32,000 nucleotides of DNA from Nanoarchaeum equitans Kin4-M (GTDB lineage Archaea; Nanobdellota; Nanobdellia; Nanobdellales; Nanoarchaeaceae): contig AE017199.1 in assembly GCA_000008085.1 (NCBI GenBank), positions 450,001 to 482,000 of the forward strand. The letters are read 5' to 3'. This document shows, piece after piece, positions 1 to 8,737 of the stretch. The number at the start of each line of letters is the position of its first letter. Position 1 is the first letter of the stretch. Below the pieces are notes generated by a model. It worked only from the letters and a program-made list of their open reading frames with translations. It ran no database searches and was not told the DNA's origin. The position numbers and the translations under genes are program-made.

Positions 1-1
1 A

Positions 2-592
2 TTTACTTTTACTGAAAGCGGTTTTTTAGTTATTGGAGGAAAGGATGCTAACCAAAATGAAAGAATAATGAAAGTTTATAGAAAGGATGGCGATTTGGTA
101 TTCCATGCCGATATACATGGGGCACCATTCGCTTTAATGTTATTGAATAACCCCAATGCAGATAGCGTTGAAGAAGTTATAGAAAAATATAAAATAACGG
201 AAACCGATTTAATGCAAGCAGCAGGTTTAAGTGCTGTATATTCTAAAGCATGGCAAGAAGGCTTAGCTTCGATAGATGTTTTCTATGTTTTGGGCAAGCA
301 AATCTCTAAAAAAGCTCCTTCTGGAGAATATCTAAAGCATGGTTCCTTTATGGTTTATGGCAAAAAACATTATATTAGGGTGCCTTTGAGATTATACATA
401 GTAGAAAAAGAAAAGGTCTATGCTGTGCCTTCCATTTATAATGGGGACAAATACATAGAATTAATTCCTGGCGATATTAAGAAAGAAAAGATAGCGAAAA
501 AAATTGCAGAATTATTAAATGTTAGCGAAGATTACATAAAATCGCTTTTGCCTTCAGGTTATTTCAGAATTACCAAGATTAAAAATATTTGA
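2..592 (+). CDS. NFACT/RqcH (FbpA/Tae2-like) ribosome-quality-control family protein, C-terminal part; 5' end lies outside the window
   Basis: The frame is open from nt 2 with no stop. The translation FTFTESGFLVIGGKDANQNERIMKVYRKDGDLVFHADIHGAPFALML matches the NFACT-R1/DUF814 core (GxNxxxN ... FHAxxxG[AS]). Confidence 0.7.
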   Translation, partial: FTFTESGFLVIGGKDANQNERIMKVYRKDGDLVFHADIHGAPFALMLLNNPNADSVEEVIEKYKITETDLMQAAGLSAVYSKAWQEGLASIDVFYVLGKQISKKAPSGEYLKHGSFMVYGKKHYIRVPLRLYIVEKEKVYAVPSIYNGDKYIELIPGDIKKEKIAKKIAELLNVSEDYIKSLLPSGYFRITKIKNI

Positions 593-2030
593 TAGGCCAT
601 TCTCTAATTTTATCTATGTCTTGGCCATACAAATCTCTTATATCATCTATTCCTAAAGCGATCATCGCTAATCTATTTATCCCAATACCGAAAGCTCCTA
701 TTTTATGTTTTATACCAAAACTGTCTAATATTTGTTTTCTTAACATCCCTGCTCCAGCAACTTCTACCCAGCCCAATTTACTATGGTATGCATATACTTC
801 TACGGATGGCTCCGTAAATGGGAAAAACGCAGGGAATAGTTTTATTTTCTCAAACCCTAATGCTTTTAGGATTTTTTCTATTTCTGTTTTTAATTGGGCC
901 ATGTTTGAGCCAATAATTATTCCCTCTAATTGTTGAAACTCTATATGGTGGGTTTTGTCTATTGTATCTGGTCTCCAAACAGAGCCGATGTAAAAGTATT
1001 TGCCTTTCTCGTTATTTAGAATATCTCTTAAATTATATAAATTCCAAGCTGTAATTGCAGTATTTTGGCTTCTTAATATTGTTAGATGTGCTTCCTTTTC
1101 TAAATAGTTGCCAAAATATTGTAAATGTTTTTCTTTTACTTTTTCTTCTATGTCTTTTGGTACATCCAATTCGGGTTTTCCTTCTATTATAAAGGATTCT
1201 GCCAATTCTCTCGATGGATGGTCATAAGGAGTAAATAAAGCCTCGAAACACCAGAACATTGGGATTAATTCATATTCCATAGCATTTAGCTCTTTCCATC
1301 CGAGGTTTACCATTTTTTTCCTAACCCAATTTAAGTATTCTCTATAATAATGGGGCTTCCCTCCATAGTATTTTGGAAATTCCTTTATATTATAGGGAGC
1401 AATTGGCTTTTCTTTATATAATTTTTTCTGTAATACCTCTGTATCGATTTTATCTATTCCTTCTACAACATCTTTTGGAATTACTTCTATATAAAATCTT
1501 GTTTTGGTTTCTTCCTTTACTAAACCTCTTTTCTTTAAATAATCTAAATATTTGGTATCGATCTTTTTACCTAATTTTGCTTCTATTTCCTTTAAATTCG
1601 AAAGGTCTTTCTTTAACCCTTCGTTTATTGCTAATAATAAGGGTTCCCATGGGAATTCCTTTATCTCTCTCTTTAGTTTTATTTTCCCATCTTTTATTTC
1701 TATTAGATCTAAATTCTTTAATGCCCCAATTGCAATGGCTTTTTCTTCTTTGGTTAATGGTATTTGATCTAAAGGCAATTCCCCATGTAATTCTAATAAA
1801 GAATATAATTTTCTTTCAGGCAAATTCTTATAACTTTTTTTACCTTTTTCCGTTAAAACATAGTATGTATCTTTTTCTTCTTTAATTTTAACTAGGCCTT
1901 TTTGTTGCAAATTATATGCTATTTTTAGCAATTCTTCTTCATCCATCCCTAAAAGGTTCGCCAATTCATTAGAATACCCATTAATCAATTTTTTGTATAC
2001 TTCATATTCTTTGGGTCTTAGCACAATCAT
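579..2030 (-). CDS. pheS: Phenylalanyl-tRNA synthetase alpha subunit (archaeal/eukaryal type)
   Basis: 483-aa ORF with N-terminal winged-helix repeats and a class II aaRS core (HPSRE..., FFPFTEPSVEV, GAGMLR, GIGINRLAM). Confidence 0.9.
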   Translation of the reverse strand: MIVLRPKEYEVYKKLINGYSNELANLLGMDEEELLKIAYNLQQKGLVKIKEEKDTYYVLTEKGKKSYKNLPERKLYSLLELHGELPLDQIPLTKEEKAIAIGALKNLDLIEIKDGKIKLKREIKEFPWEPLLLAINEGLKKDLSNLKEIEAKLGKKIDTKYLDYLKKRGLVKEETKTRFYIEVIPKDVVEGIDKIDTEVLQKKLYKEKPIAPYNIKEFPKYYGGKPHYYREYLNWVRKKMVNLGWKELNAMEYELIPMFWCFEALFTPYDHPSRELAESFIIEGKPELDVPKDIEEKVKEKHLQYFGNYLEKEAHLTILRSQNTAITAWNLYNLRDILNNEKGKYFYIGSVWRPDTIDKTHHIEFQQLEGIIIGSNMAQLKTEIEKILKALGFEKIKLFPAFFPFTEPSVEVYAYHSKLGWVEVAGAGMLRKQILDSFGIKHKIGAFGIGINRLAMIALGIDDIRDLYGQDIDKIREWPIKYF

Positions 2031-2051
2031 TATTGTATAGAATTAAAACCA

Positions 2052-2059
2052 TTTATAAA
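2052..2059. promoter_or_regulatory. Palindromic TATA box TTTATAAA, apparently shared by divergent pheS and rpl40e
   Basis: The box centre (2055.5) is 25.5 nt from the pheS ATG (2030) and 24.5 nt from the rpl40e ATG (2080). It is the only TATA-like element in the 49-bp spacer. Confidence 0.6.
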
Positions 2060-2079
2060 ATACCCTATAGATTATACAA

Positions 2080-2268
2080 ATGGCCAAAGGCCAAATATGT
2101 GAAGTAGCTATTGCTAGGTTATTCAAAAGGGTTTATGTTTGCCAAAGGTGTAAAAGAATCTTTAGGGCAGATCCCGCAAAAGTTAGAGAAGGCAAAGTTA
2201 AATGCCCAAGATGTGGTTATAGAGGAATAAGACCAAAGAGAGAAGTGCCAATGGGTATATCTAAATAA
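2080..2268 (+). CDS. rpl40e: Ribosomal protein L40e (zinc-ribbon)
   Basis: 62 aa. ARLFKRVYVCQRCKRIF...KCPRCGYRGIRPKRE fits the L40e pattern R-x-F-x-K-x-[IV]-C-x2-C ... C-x2-C ... LRPK. Confidence 0.75.
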   Translation: MAKGQICEVAIARLFKRVYVCQRCKRIFRADPAKVREGKVKCPRCGYRGIRPKREVPMGISK

Positions 2269-2269
2269 A

Positions 2270-2545
2270 TTATTCTTCTTCCTCTTCTTTTTCAACAATT
2301 TTTGGTCTTTCTATTACAACCCTATAATATATAGTTTTTCCAGCAGTGGGGCTTTTTCTTATTATTCTTAAAACATCCCCAGGCTTCGGGTTTAAGTGTT
2401 GTATAGCAGGATCGTCAACATATATTTTTGGCAAATAGTCTATACTATCAATATTTAGCTCTTTTAATAGTTTTTCTACTTCTTCTTTAGTTAGCTTTTG
2501 GTATTCTGGTACTAGTCTATGTTTTATTGGTTGTTTTTTCTTCAT
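2270..2545 (-). CDS. rpoH: DNA-directed RNA polymerase subunit H (Rpb5 homologue)
   Basis: 91 aa. HRLVPEYQKLTKEEVEKLLKELNI...LPKIYVDDPAIQHLNPKPGDVLRIIRKSPTAGKTIYYRVV is the canonical RpoH core. It has an acidic tail, and its start overlaps the rps2 stop by 4 nt. Confidence 0.85.
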   Translation of the reverse strand: MKKKQPIKHRLVPEYQKLTKEEVEKLLKELNIDSIDYLPKIYVDDPAIQHLNPKPGDVLRIIRKSPTAGKTIYYRVVIERPKIVEKEEEEE

Positions 2546-3147
2546 TCTTCTACAGTTATTTTAGTTTCAAACTCTTCGACCGGTACTTTTAATTGTTCAT
2601 CTTTACCAATTACTCCTCTATTCCTTAAATATTCTCTCGCTAATATCCAATATATTAATGCTAAGCTTTTAGAACCTCTATTGTTTGCTGGTATACAGAA
2701 ATCAATATAATTTTTAGTATGGTTTGTATCACATAATGCCAAAATTGTTATCCCACTTTCGTATGCATCGTGTAAAGCATTTTTGTCCATTATTGGATCG
2801 GTAATTAATATTACTTCTGGTTCCATGTAGTATTTTAGTTGGGGGTTAGTTAATGTACCTGGAGGATATCTCCCAGGGAAAGCTTTAACCTTTGTTATTT
2901 CAGAAAACTTCTTAATTGGGGTTATTGCTGTTTCTCTTCTTCCTACAACTAAAATTTCATTTGGTTCATAATAGGATAACATCTTTGATGCTAATCTTAA
3001 TCTTTCATCTATTTTTCTTATATCGAAAATAGCTAAACCGTCTTCTCTTATCTTAGATACATAAGGTTTCATATCTTTAGTTAGGTGCCTTGTACCAATA
3101 TGTATACCGGCTTTAACATAAACATTTATTGGAACTAGAGTATCCAT
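2542..3147 (-). CDS. rps2: Ribosomal protein S2 (uS2)
   Basis: 201 aa. Contains YVKAGIHIGTRHLTKDMKPYV, ILVVGRRE, ITDPIMDKNALHDAYESGITILALCDTN and IPANNRGSKSLALIYWILAREYLR. Confidence 0.9.
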   Translation of the reverse strand: MDTLVPINVYVKAGIHIGTRHLTKDMKPYVSKIREDGLAIFDIRKIDERLRLASKMLSYYEPNEILVVGRRETAITPIKKFSEITKVKAFPGRYPPGTLTNPQLKYYMEPEVILITDPIMDKNALHDAYESGITILALCDTNHTKNYIDFCIPANNRGSKSLALIYWILAREYLRNRGVIGKDEQLKVPVEEFETKITVEE

Positions 3148-3166
3148 TTTGATTGCTTGTTATGCA

Positions 3167-3174
3167 TTTTAAAA
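3167..3174. promoter_or_regulatory. Palindromic TATA box TTTTAAAA shared by divergent rps2 and lig
   Basis: The centre (3170.5) is 23.5 nt from the rps2 ATG (3147) and 24.5 nt from the lig ATG (3195). Confidence 0.6.
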
Positions 3175-3194
3175 ACAATAAACCATAATACCAT

Positions 3195-4898
3195 ATGGAG
3201 TTTGAGAAATTGGCTAACCTTTTTAGTAAGCTCGAAACTATATCGGATAAAACCAGGAAAGTGCAATACATCGCTCGATTTCTTAAAGAATTAAAAGACC
3301 AATATAAAGAAACATTGTTGTTATTGCAAGGAACCGTTTTTTACCCATGGGAGCAAAAAAACCTCGGTATTGCCGAAAAGGGTGTAATAAGGGCTATTTC
3401 TATAGCTTATGGGATAGAAAAACAAAAAGTTGAAGAATTATTCATAAAATATGGGGATTTGGGTATTGTGGCAGAAAAAGCTTGTGAGATGAGAAAACAA
3501 AAACCCTTATTATTAAAACCGCTAACTGTTAAAGATGTTTACCAAACTTTAAGAAAAATAGCCGATATAGAAGGAGAAGGCTCACAGGACAAAAAAATAA
3601 TAACTTTTGCTAAGCTATTAGTTAATGCCAAACCTAAAGAAGCAAAATACATTGTTAGATTAGCTTTAGAGGAATTAAGAATTGGAGTAGGTGAAGGTAT
3701 TATTAGAGATGCGATTGCTATAGCTTTTTCTGTAACCCCCGAGGCTGTGGAATATGCTTATTCTATATTATTAGATTTTGGAGAGGTAGTAAGAATTGCG
3801 AAAGAGCAGGGCGAGCAAGGTCTATGGCAAGTAAAATTACAAGTAGGGAGACCCTTTAGAGTTATGCTCGCTATAAGAGCAAGGAATGTGCAAGAAGCTT
3901 TTGACATTGTAGGAAGGCCTGCAATGATAGAAGCAAAATACGATGGTTTTAGGTTACAAATCCATAAAAAAGGAGACCAAGTATGGCTATGGACTAGAAG
4001 GTTAGAAGATGTAACAAGACAATTCCCAGATGTAGTTAATATAGTAAGAAACAGAGTAAAAGCTAACGAAATAATATTTGAGGCAGAGGCTGTTGGGTAT
4101 GATAAAAAGACTAACAAATTCTTGCCATTCCAAAAGATTTCTCAAAGAGTGAAAAGAAAATATGACATAGAAAAAATGGCTAAAGAAATACCAGTAGAGC
4201 TACACGCATTTGATATAGTTTATTTAGAAGGTGAACAATTAATGAAAAAGCCATTTAAAGAGAGAAGGGCTCTATTGGAAAAAGTAATTGATGAAAAAGA
4301 GCATGAAATACAATTGTCTATAGGCATTATAGAAAAAGATGATAAAAAAGCTTACCAATTTTACCAAGATTGTTTAAATAAAGGGTTAGAAGGAGTAATG
4401 TTCAAAAACCTTAATGCACCATACCAACCTGGAAGAAGGGTAGGATATATGGTTAAGCTAAAGCCTACTTTAGAAACATTGGATTTAGTTATAGTTGCTG
4501 CTGAATGGGGCGAAGGTAAAAGAAGCGGTTGGCTTACTTCATTTACTGTAGCAGCATTAGATAAGGATACTGGTAATTATTTAGAAGTGGGTGAAGTCGG
4601 TACAGGAATAAAAGAGAAAAAAGAGAGAGCCGAGGATATAACTTTTGAGGAATTAACCGAATTGTTAAAACCTTATATATATAAACAAGAAGGTAAAAAA
4701 GTTTACGTAAAACCAAAAATAGTTGTAGAAGTTGCATATGAGGAAATACAAGAAAGCCCCCGCTATAAAAGCGGGTTTGCTTTAAGGTTCCCTCGTATTG
4801 TTAGAATTAGATTCGATAGAAGCCCAAAAGAGATAGACACAATCGATAGGATAAAACAAATATACGAAATGCAGAGAGGTGGTATACATAAACAGTAA
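3195..4898 (+). CDS. lig: ATP-dependent DNA ligase
   Basis: 567 aa. It has the adenylation motif I MIEAKYDGFRLQIH, plus EGVMFK, the OB-fold region DLVIVAAEWGEGKRSG and FALRFPRIVRIR. Confidence 0.95.
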   Translation: MEFEKLANLFSKLETISDKTRKVQYIARFLKELKDQYKETLLLLQGTVFYPWEQKNLGIAEKGVIRAISIAYGIEKQKVEELFIKYGDLGIVAEKACEMRKQKPLLLKPLTVKDVYQTLRKIADIEGEGSQDKKIITFAKLLVNAKPKEAKYIVRLALEELRIGVGEGIIRDAIAIAFSVTPEAVEYAYSILLDFGEVVRIAKEQGEQGLWQVKLQVGRPFRVMLAIRARNVQEAFDIVGRPAMIEAKYDGFRLQIHKKGDQVWLWTRRLEDVTRQFPDVVNIVRNRVKANEIIFEAEAVGYDKKTNKFLPFQKISQRVKRKYDIEKMAKEIPVELHAFDIVYLEGEQLMKKPFKERRALLEKVIDEKEHEIQLSIGIIEKDDKKAYQFYQDCLNKGLEGVMFKNLNAPYQPGRRVGYMVKLKPTLETLDLVIVAAEWGEGKRSGWLTSFTVAALDKDTGNYLEVGEVGTGIKEKKERAEDITFEELTELLKPYIYKQEGKKVYVKPKIVVEVAYEEIQESPRYKSGFALRFPRIVRIRFDRSPKEIDTIDRIKQIYEMQRGGIHKQ

Positions 4899-4938
4899 TA
4901 AAATAAATTTTTAATATATTACATTATATTTAGATACC

Positions 4939-5229
4939 ATGGGTCCTCGGGAATTGTTAGCGGCGGTAGAAATAGCCCAAGCCGAGGGGAGAGACCCTCG
5001 ATGTGTTAGGAAAATACGAGTTTTGGAAGGAGAAGACTTTTTAGAGTTAGAACATATAGGAGACAAAACAGCCATTTTAATTAAAGGAAATATCGCCACA
5101 TTATATTGGAGAACAAAAAGATATCTGCCAAAGATCTATATTAAAACAAAAGAATTTGTATTATATACTAAGGGTAATTCCATTTATATTCAATTACCTA
5201 TTGCCCTGTCTATTAGGGCTCTTCTCTAA
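4939..5229 (+). CDS. Hypothetical protein (orphan); the first ~20 codons are atypically GC-rich
   Basis: 96-aa ORF whose ATG lies 24.5 nt downstream of the centre of the TATA-like TTAATATA (4911-4918), the spacing seen for other genes here. I recognise no family. The 5' 60 nt may instead or additionally be structured RNA (see findings). Confidence 0.4.
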   Translation: MGPRELLAAVEIAQAEGRDPRCVRKIRVLEGEDFLELEHIGDKTAILIKGNIATLYWRTKRYLPKIYIKTKEFVLYTKGNSIYIQLPIALSIRALL

Positions 5230-5634
5230 AATTTTCCAACTTAAATAAGAAAATACCAAAGCTATTGGAGACAATATTATATAATACATGCTAAATAATA
5301 AAAGCACTATAATGAAAGAAACCCTTAATAAATAAAATACTATTGTTGCTTCATAGTCCCTATTAATTAAATCTTTTAGCGATTCTATTGTGAAAGCTAA
5401 AAATATTGGTACTAACAAATAGAGCAAAGGATAACCCATGGAAAGAATCAAAAATAGCAATGTTAGCCCATTATATAATAAATGGTTAGTAGCTAAATAG
5501 ATTTTTCTATATCTATCGTACCAATCCTCTTTTGCTAACAAAAATGCTTGTATATAGTATGGGATTAACAATAAAGAAGGGAATATTACTACAATTAGAT
5601 CTAATAAAAGAAAAATATATGTATTATAAGCCAT
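5194..5634 (-). CDS. Hypothetical integral membrane protein (about 4 predicted TM segments)
   Basis: 146 aa and strongly hydrophobic. Its start overlaps the upstream M20 peptidase gene by 11 nt. No own TATA box at the expected position. Confidence 0.5.
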   Translation of the reverse strand: MAYNTYIFLLLDLIVVIFPSLLLIPYYIQAFLLAKEDWYDRYRKIYLATNHLLYNGLTLLFLILSMGYPLLYLLVPIFLAFTIESLKDLINRDYEATIVFYLLRVSFIIVLLLFSMYYIILSPIALVFSYLSWKILEKSPNRQGNR

Positions 5635-6742
5635 TTTCTACAACTCTCTTTATTACTTCTGCAACCCTCTCTACATCTTCAATATAAACGAACTCGTTTG
5701 GTCCATGTATATTATTTTCTTCCCTCATGGGGCCAAATTGTATAACTTTTATACCTCTTTTATAGAAATGGTATCCATCTGTTCCTCCTAATTCTAGGAT
5801 TTTCTTTTCTCCTAACAAATCTTTTGTTAGTTGTATGAATTTGTCTACATGTTCTCCATCGCTAACCCATGGGGGTAATTCTAATTTGTCTTTCTCTATT
5901 CTTAGTTTTATGTTGTTTTTGGATGCGAATTCTTTCAACAAATCGCTTACCTTGTTAAAAACATAATCATTATCGTATTCTGGCACTGTTCTAGCGTTTA
6001 CATAAATTTTTACTTCTCCCGGTATTATGTTAATAACATTTGGTTTAACCTCTATCTTTGTAGGGTTAACCCTAACTGGTACTCTATCGTAATGCTCAAT
6101 AAATTGGTATTTAGACAATAAAGTTTTCTCAAAAGCTTTAGAAATATGTTCTATAAACTCTATAACCTTTGCGGCATTGTATATTGCGTTTTCCCCCCTA
6201 TAGGCATGGGCTGAATGCACTTGTTTTCCTTCCACATATATGTTTATTCCTAGGAAACCAGAGCTACCTATAGAAACATAAGGCCCCGTATCGATAACTA
6301 ATGCTATATCGCTATCTATTTGTTCGAAAAATTGTGTTGATTCTTGGGTTTCTTCTCCCCCGGCTATAGCTAATATGGGTTGTACATTTATTTCTTTAGC
6401 ATTTTCTATTCCTGCAATAGATGCTACTATCGCTGATTTGTCATCTGCAGCACCTCTAGCGATTATTTTGTTTCCTTCTACTTTTGGATCAAAAGGATCT
6501 GTGTTCCAACCTTCTCCAGGGGGAACAACATCAAAATGTGTAACAAAAGCAACTTTCTTACCTTTCCCGGGGTATTTTGCTAAAATATTTGGGGTATCGT
6601 TTTCGCTGTAAATTATTTCAACATCAAATCCTTTATTTTCTAAATAGTTTTTTATAAATTTCGCAGCTTTCTCTTTTTCTTCTTTGTTTGGATTAAATGT
6701 TTTGAATTTCAACAATTGCAAAAAGAAATCCATATCAATCAT
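5624..6742 (-). CDS. M20-family metallopeptidase/deacylase (ArgE/DapE/CPG2-like)
   Basis: 372 aa. Contains HFDVVPPGEGWNTDPF, RGAADDKS, GGEETQ and a dimerisation-domain insert. TTTATAAA at 6762-6769 lies 23.5 nt upstream of the ATG. Confidence 0.85.
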   Translation of the reverse strand: MIDMDFFLQLLKFKTFNPNKEEKEKAAKFIKNYLENKGFDVEIIYSENDTPNILAKYPGKGKKVAFVTHFDVVPPGEGWNTDPFDPKVEGNKIIARGAADDKSAIVASIAGIENAKEINVQPILAIAGGEETQESTQFFEQIDSDIALVIDTGPYVSIGSSGFLGINIYVEGKQVHSAHAYRGENAIYNAAKVIEFIEHISKAFEKTLLSKYQFIEHYDRVPVRVNPTKIEVKPNVINIIPGEVKIYVNARTVPEYDNDYVFNKVSDLLKEFASKNNIKLRIEKDKLELPPWVSDGEHVDKFIQLTKDLLGEKKILELGGTDGYHFYKRGIKVIQFGPMREENNIHGPNEFVYIEDVERVAEVIKRVVENGL

Positions 6743-6756
6743 ATTCTAAAAAAGGG

Positions 6757-7806
6757 TTATATTTTATAAATGTGGGCCGTACTCCCACCATGGTAACTCA
6801 TCCTTGGTCTTACTTGTATTGGTTTAACTAATTCTTTTTCATCGTCAACAAACAAGGCAGCCCCAGGCCTATTGGGCAAATTTATAGCAAAATATTTTCT
6901 AAAATCTATATCAATGTAATTGTACAAAATAGAGGAAATTGATTCAATATCGCTTTTATTAGTTAGTCTATGTGCTATTAAAGAATCTATTTGAGTTAAC
7001 GCATCATCTATTAATTTATTGGGTTGTTGTGTTGCTAATACTAAACCAACTCCTGGGCCTCTTCCCTCTCTAATTAGGTTAACCAAACTATCCTTTACTG
7101 GGCTGTCTATAGATTTGTCCAAAAATTCGTGTGCTTCATCAATAAATAGCCAAAACAATGGAACTTCTCTAACATATTCGTCAGACGCTTCCCTTTTTAT
7201 TTCTTTTTCCCTCTCTTTTATTCTAATTTCTAAAATCTTTCTGGCTAAAATATTTAAAACCGCTCTTTTAGCATATATAGGCAAATGTCCTACCCTTATT
7301 ATATGGATACCAGGGTTTTTTATTTTTTCTATTATAGATGGCCCTAATAATGATTTTAACAATTTATATCTTTGTTTCAAAAAAGGGGGCTCTTTATTAT
7401 TTATGAAATGTTCATAAATTATATCGCTCTTGGGATCTGTTTCTTCCAAAGAAAAAAACTCTAAGAGATCATAAAAACTTAAATCCTCTTTAGAAAACGT
7501 GGGCTCTATCATATTTATTGCAAATTTTTTTGGTTCTAAATTCCATTCCGATAACAAATCAATACCTCTATAATTAGGGTATTGTAAAGTATGGAATATG
7601 TTTAAGGTATCAAAAACTATTACAGATAACTCTTTATTATTTGCTTCGGCGAACCCTTCTAACAATACTCCTAAAGTAAAAGATTTACCCGTGCCTCTTT
7701 TTCCTACAACTAAAGTATATCTAACTTTGCTATAATCATAATAGATAGGCTCCCCATAAATAAAGTTTACACCAACCTTTATTACTTCTTTTCCCAAAAA
7801 TATCAT
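6757..7806 (-). CDS. HerA/FtsK-superfamily P-loop ATPase (DUF87-like), core domain only
   Basis: 349 aa. Walker A is VVGKRGTGKS and Walker B is LFWLFIDEAHEFL. GVGLVLATQQPNKLIDDALTQIDSLIAHRLTNKSDIESI is typical of HerA/DUF87. There is no N-terminal barrel domain. Confidence 0.75.
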   Translation of the reverse strand: MIFLGKEVIKVGVNFIYGEPIYYDYSKVRYTLVVGKRGTGKSFTLGVLLEGFAEANNKELSVIVFDTLNIFHTLQYPNYRGIDLLSEWNLEPKKFAINMIEPTFSKEDLSFYDLLEFFSLEETDPKSDIIYEHFINNKEPPFLKQRYKLLKSLLGPSIIEKIKNPGIHIIRVGHLPIYAKRAVLNILARKILEIRIKEREKEIKREASDEYVREVPLFWLFIDEAHEFLDKSIDSPVKDSLVNLIREGRGPGVGLVLATQQPNKLIDDALTQIDSLIAHRLTNKSDIESISSILYNYIDIDFRKYFAINLPNRPGAALFVDDEKELVKPIQVRPRMSYHGGSTAHIYKI

Positions 7807-8057
7807 CTTACTTTAGGCCCTATTATATAGTTGTCTTCCCTATATTTAGCATTTTTCCACAAATCAAATTCCTTTTTTTCTGGTATGTCTTCTCTAGGGT
7901 TTCCTGTAACATCTATAGGCAATAAAGCTTTTTCCCCATCAAGGTTTTCAACAATACTAAAAGCTTTTAGTATTTCTTCTATATCTTTTTTTAATTTTTC
8001 TTTTAGTTTTTCGTCTAATTTTATTCTAGCTAAATAAGCGATTCTATCGATGTCCAT
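7803..8057 (-). CDS. gatC: Asp/Glu-tRNA amidotransferase subunit C
   Basis: 84 aa. IAYLARIKLDEK...ILKAFSIVENLD...IDVTGNPREDIP fits the GatC pattern. TTTAAA at 8078-8083 is 23.5 nt upstream of the ATG. Confidence 0.7.
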   Translation of the reverse strand: MDIDRIAYLARIKLDEKLKEKLKKDIEEILKAFSIVENLDGEKALLPIDVTGNPREDIPEKKEFDLWKNAKYREDNYIIGPKVR

Positions 8058-8068
8058 AAAGTTTATTC

Positions 8069-8731
8069 TTATATCCTTTTAAAGACCCCAGGTTCTATTT
8101 CATAGAACTCTCTAAAGAATTCTGAATCGAGCTTTTCTCTAAATTCCTCTAATGTTAGACCAAACTTTTTTAGTTCTTCTTCTAATTCCTCCGCTTTAAT
8201 TACATCTCTATCTTTGAATTTTTCTAATAAATACTTATCTATGTTTTTTTCTGTTTCTTTTGGCCTTTTTATCTCATAAGCTGTTCTAATTTTTGAGCCT
8301 AACTTTTCTATATCGGTCTCTAACAACGCTCTTTTGGCTTTTTCTATTATTGGGATGCCAAATTTTTCTTCTATAGTTTTTGCATCTTTATAAGGATAAA
8401 TGTCCAACCCATGATCTTTAGCAATTACTTCTCCAACTCTATATCTGTTATTCTCTATATAAGCATCTATGTATATTCTAGTTTTACTTGAATTGGGTTT
8501 GAAAACCAATTTTACACTTCCATCGGTAATAGATATGGCTTTAGGTTTCTCCAACTCTTTTCTTAAACTATAAATTTCTTTTCTAAAATCAATATTCATT
8601 TTTTTGCTATAATAAAAGCCAAGGAATTCTTCAATATTCTCTAAAGCGAACAATAATAGCCAAACATCCAATTCCTCTTTTGTTATGCCTAATATTTTAG
8701 ATAGTTTCCCTTTTATTTCATCAATATTCAC
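8069..8731 (-). CDS. Hypothetical protein
   Basis: 220-aa ORF with Lys/Glu/Ile-rich composition typical of this genome. No family recognised. Confidence 0.55.
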   Translation of the reverse strand: MNIDEIKGKLSKILGITKEELDVWLLLFALENIEEFLGFYYSKKMNIDFRKEIYSLRKELEKPKAISITDGSVKLVFKPNSSKTRIYIDAYIENNRYRVGEVIAKDHGLDIYPYKDAKTIEEKFGIPIIEKAKRALLETDIEKLGSKIRTAYEIKRPKETEKNIDKYLLEKFKDRDVIKAEELEEELKKFGLTLEEFREKLDSEFFREFYEIEPGVFKRI

Positions 8732-8737
8732 ACCATA

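Noticed and set aside
1373-1885. 170-aa plus-strand ORF (also 589-936 and 1552-1767) inside the pheS region
   Set aside because: It lies entirely antisense to a well-supported PheRS alpha gene. The translation is low-complexity Leu/Phe/Ser/Ile-rich, typical of shadow frames in AT-rich coding DNA.
3758-4117. 119-aa minus-strand ORF (and 4543-4737) inside the DNA ligase gene
   Set aside because: It is antisense to the ligase catalytic core and has no motifs; it is a shadow ORF.
4941-5000. Possibility that the GC island is a split-tRNA half gene, as known in N. equitans
   Set aside because: It has no T-arm (GTTCGAATC-like) for a 3' half, and no acceptor, D-arm or anticodon-stem layout for a 5' half. 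I also found no C/D boxes (RUGAUGA/CUGA) and no 3' ACA for an H/ACA hairpin. It is kept only as an unexplained structured element in the findings.
4911-5099. 62-aa minus-strand ORF over the GC-rich island
   Set aside because: It has no promoter at the ruler position and overlaps the better-supported plus-strand transcript start. It is probably an artefact of the local GC richness.
7019-7417. 132-aa plus-strand ORF inside the HerA-like ATPase gene; similar antisense ORFs at 6375-6611, 7831-8037, 9403-9726, 10942-11142, 13792-14125, 16211-16426, 17231-17464, 18167-18505, 18889-19107, 19991-20386, 21536-21718, 23557-23877, 24899-25084, 27350-27583, 27729-27944, 28693-28878, 29119-29928, 30704-31000 and 31511-31765
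   Set aside because: Each lies antisense within a longer ORF that has clear family motifs. Their compositions (Ser/Phe/Leu/Ile runs) are those of reverse-complement frames, and none has a TATA box at the ruler position.
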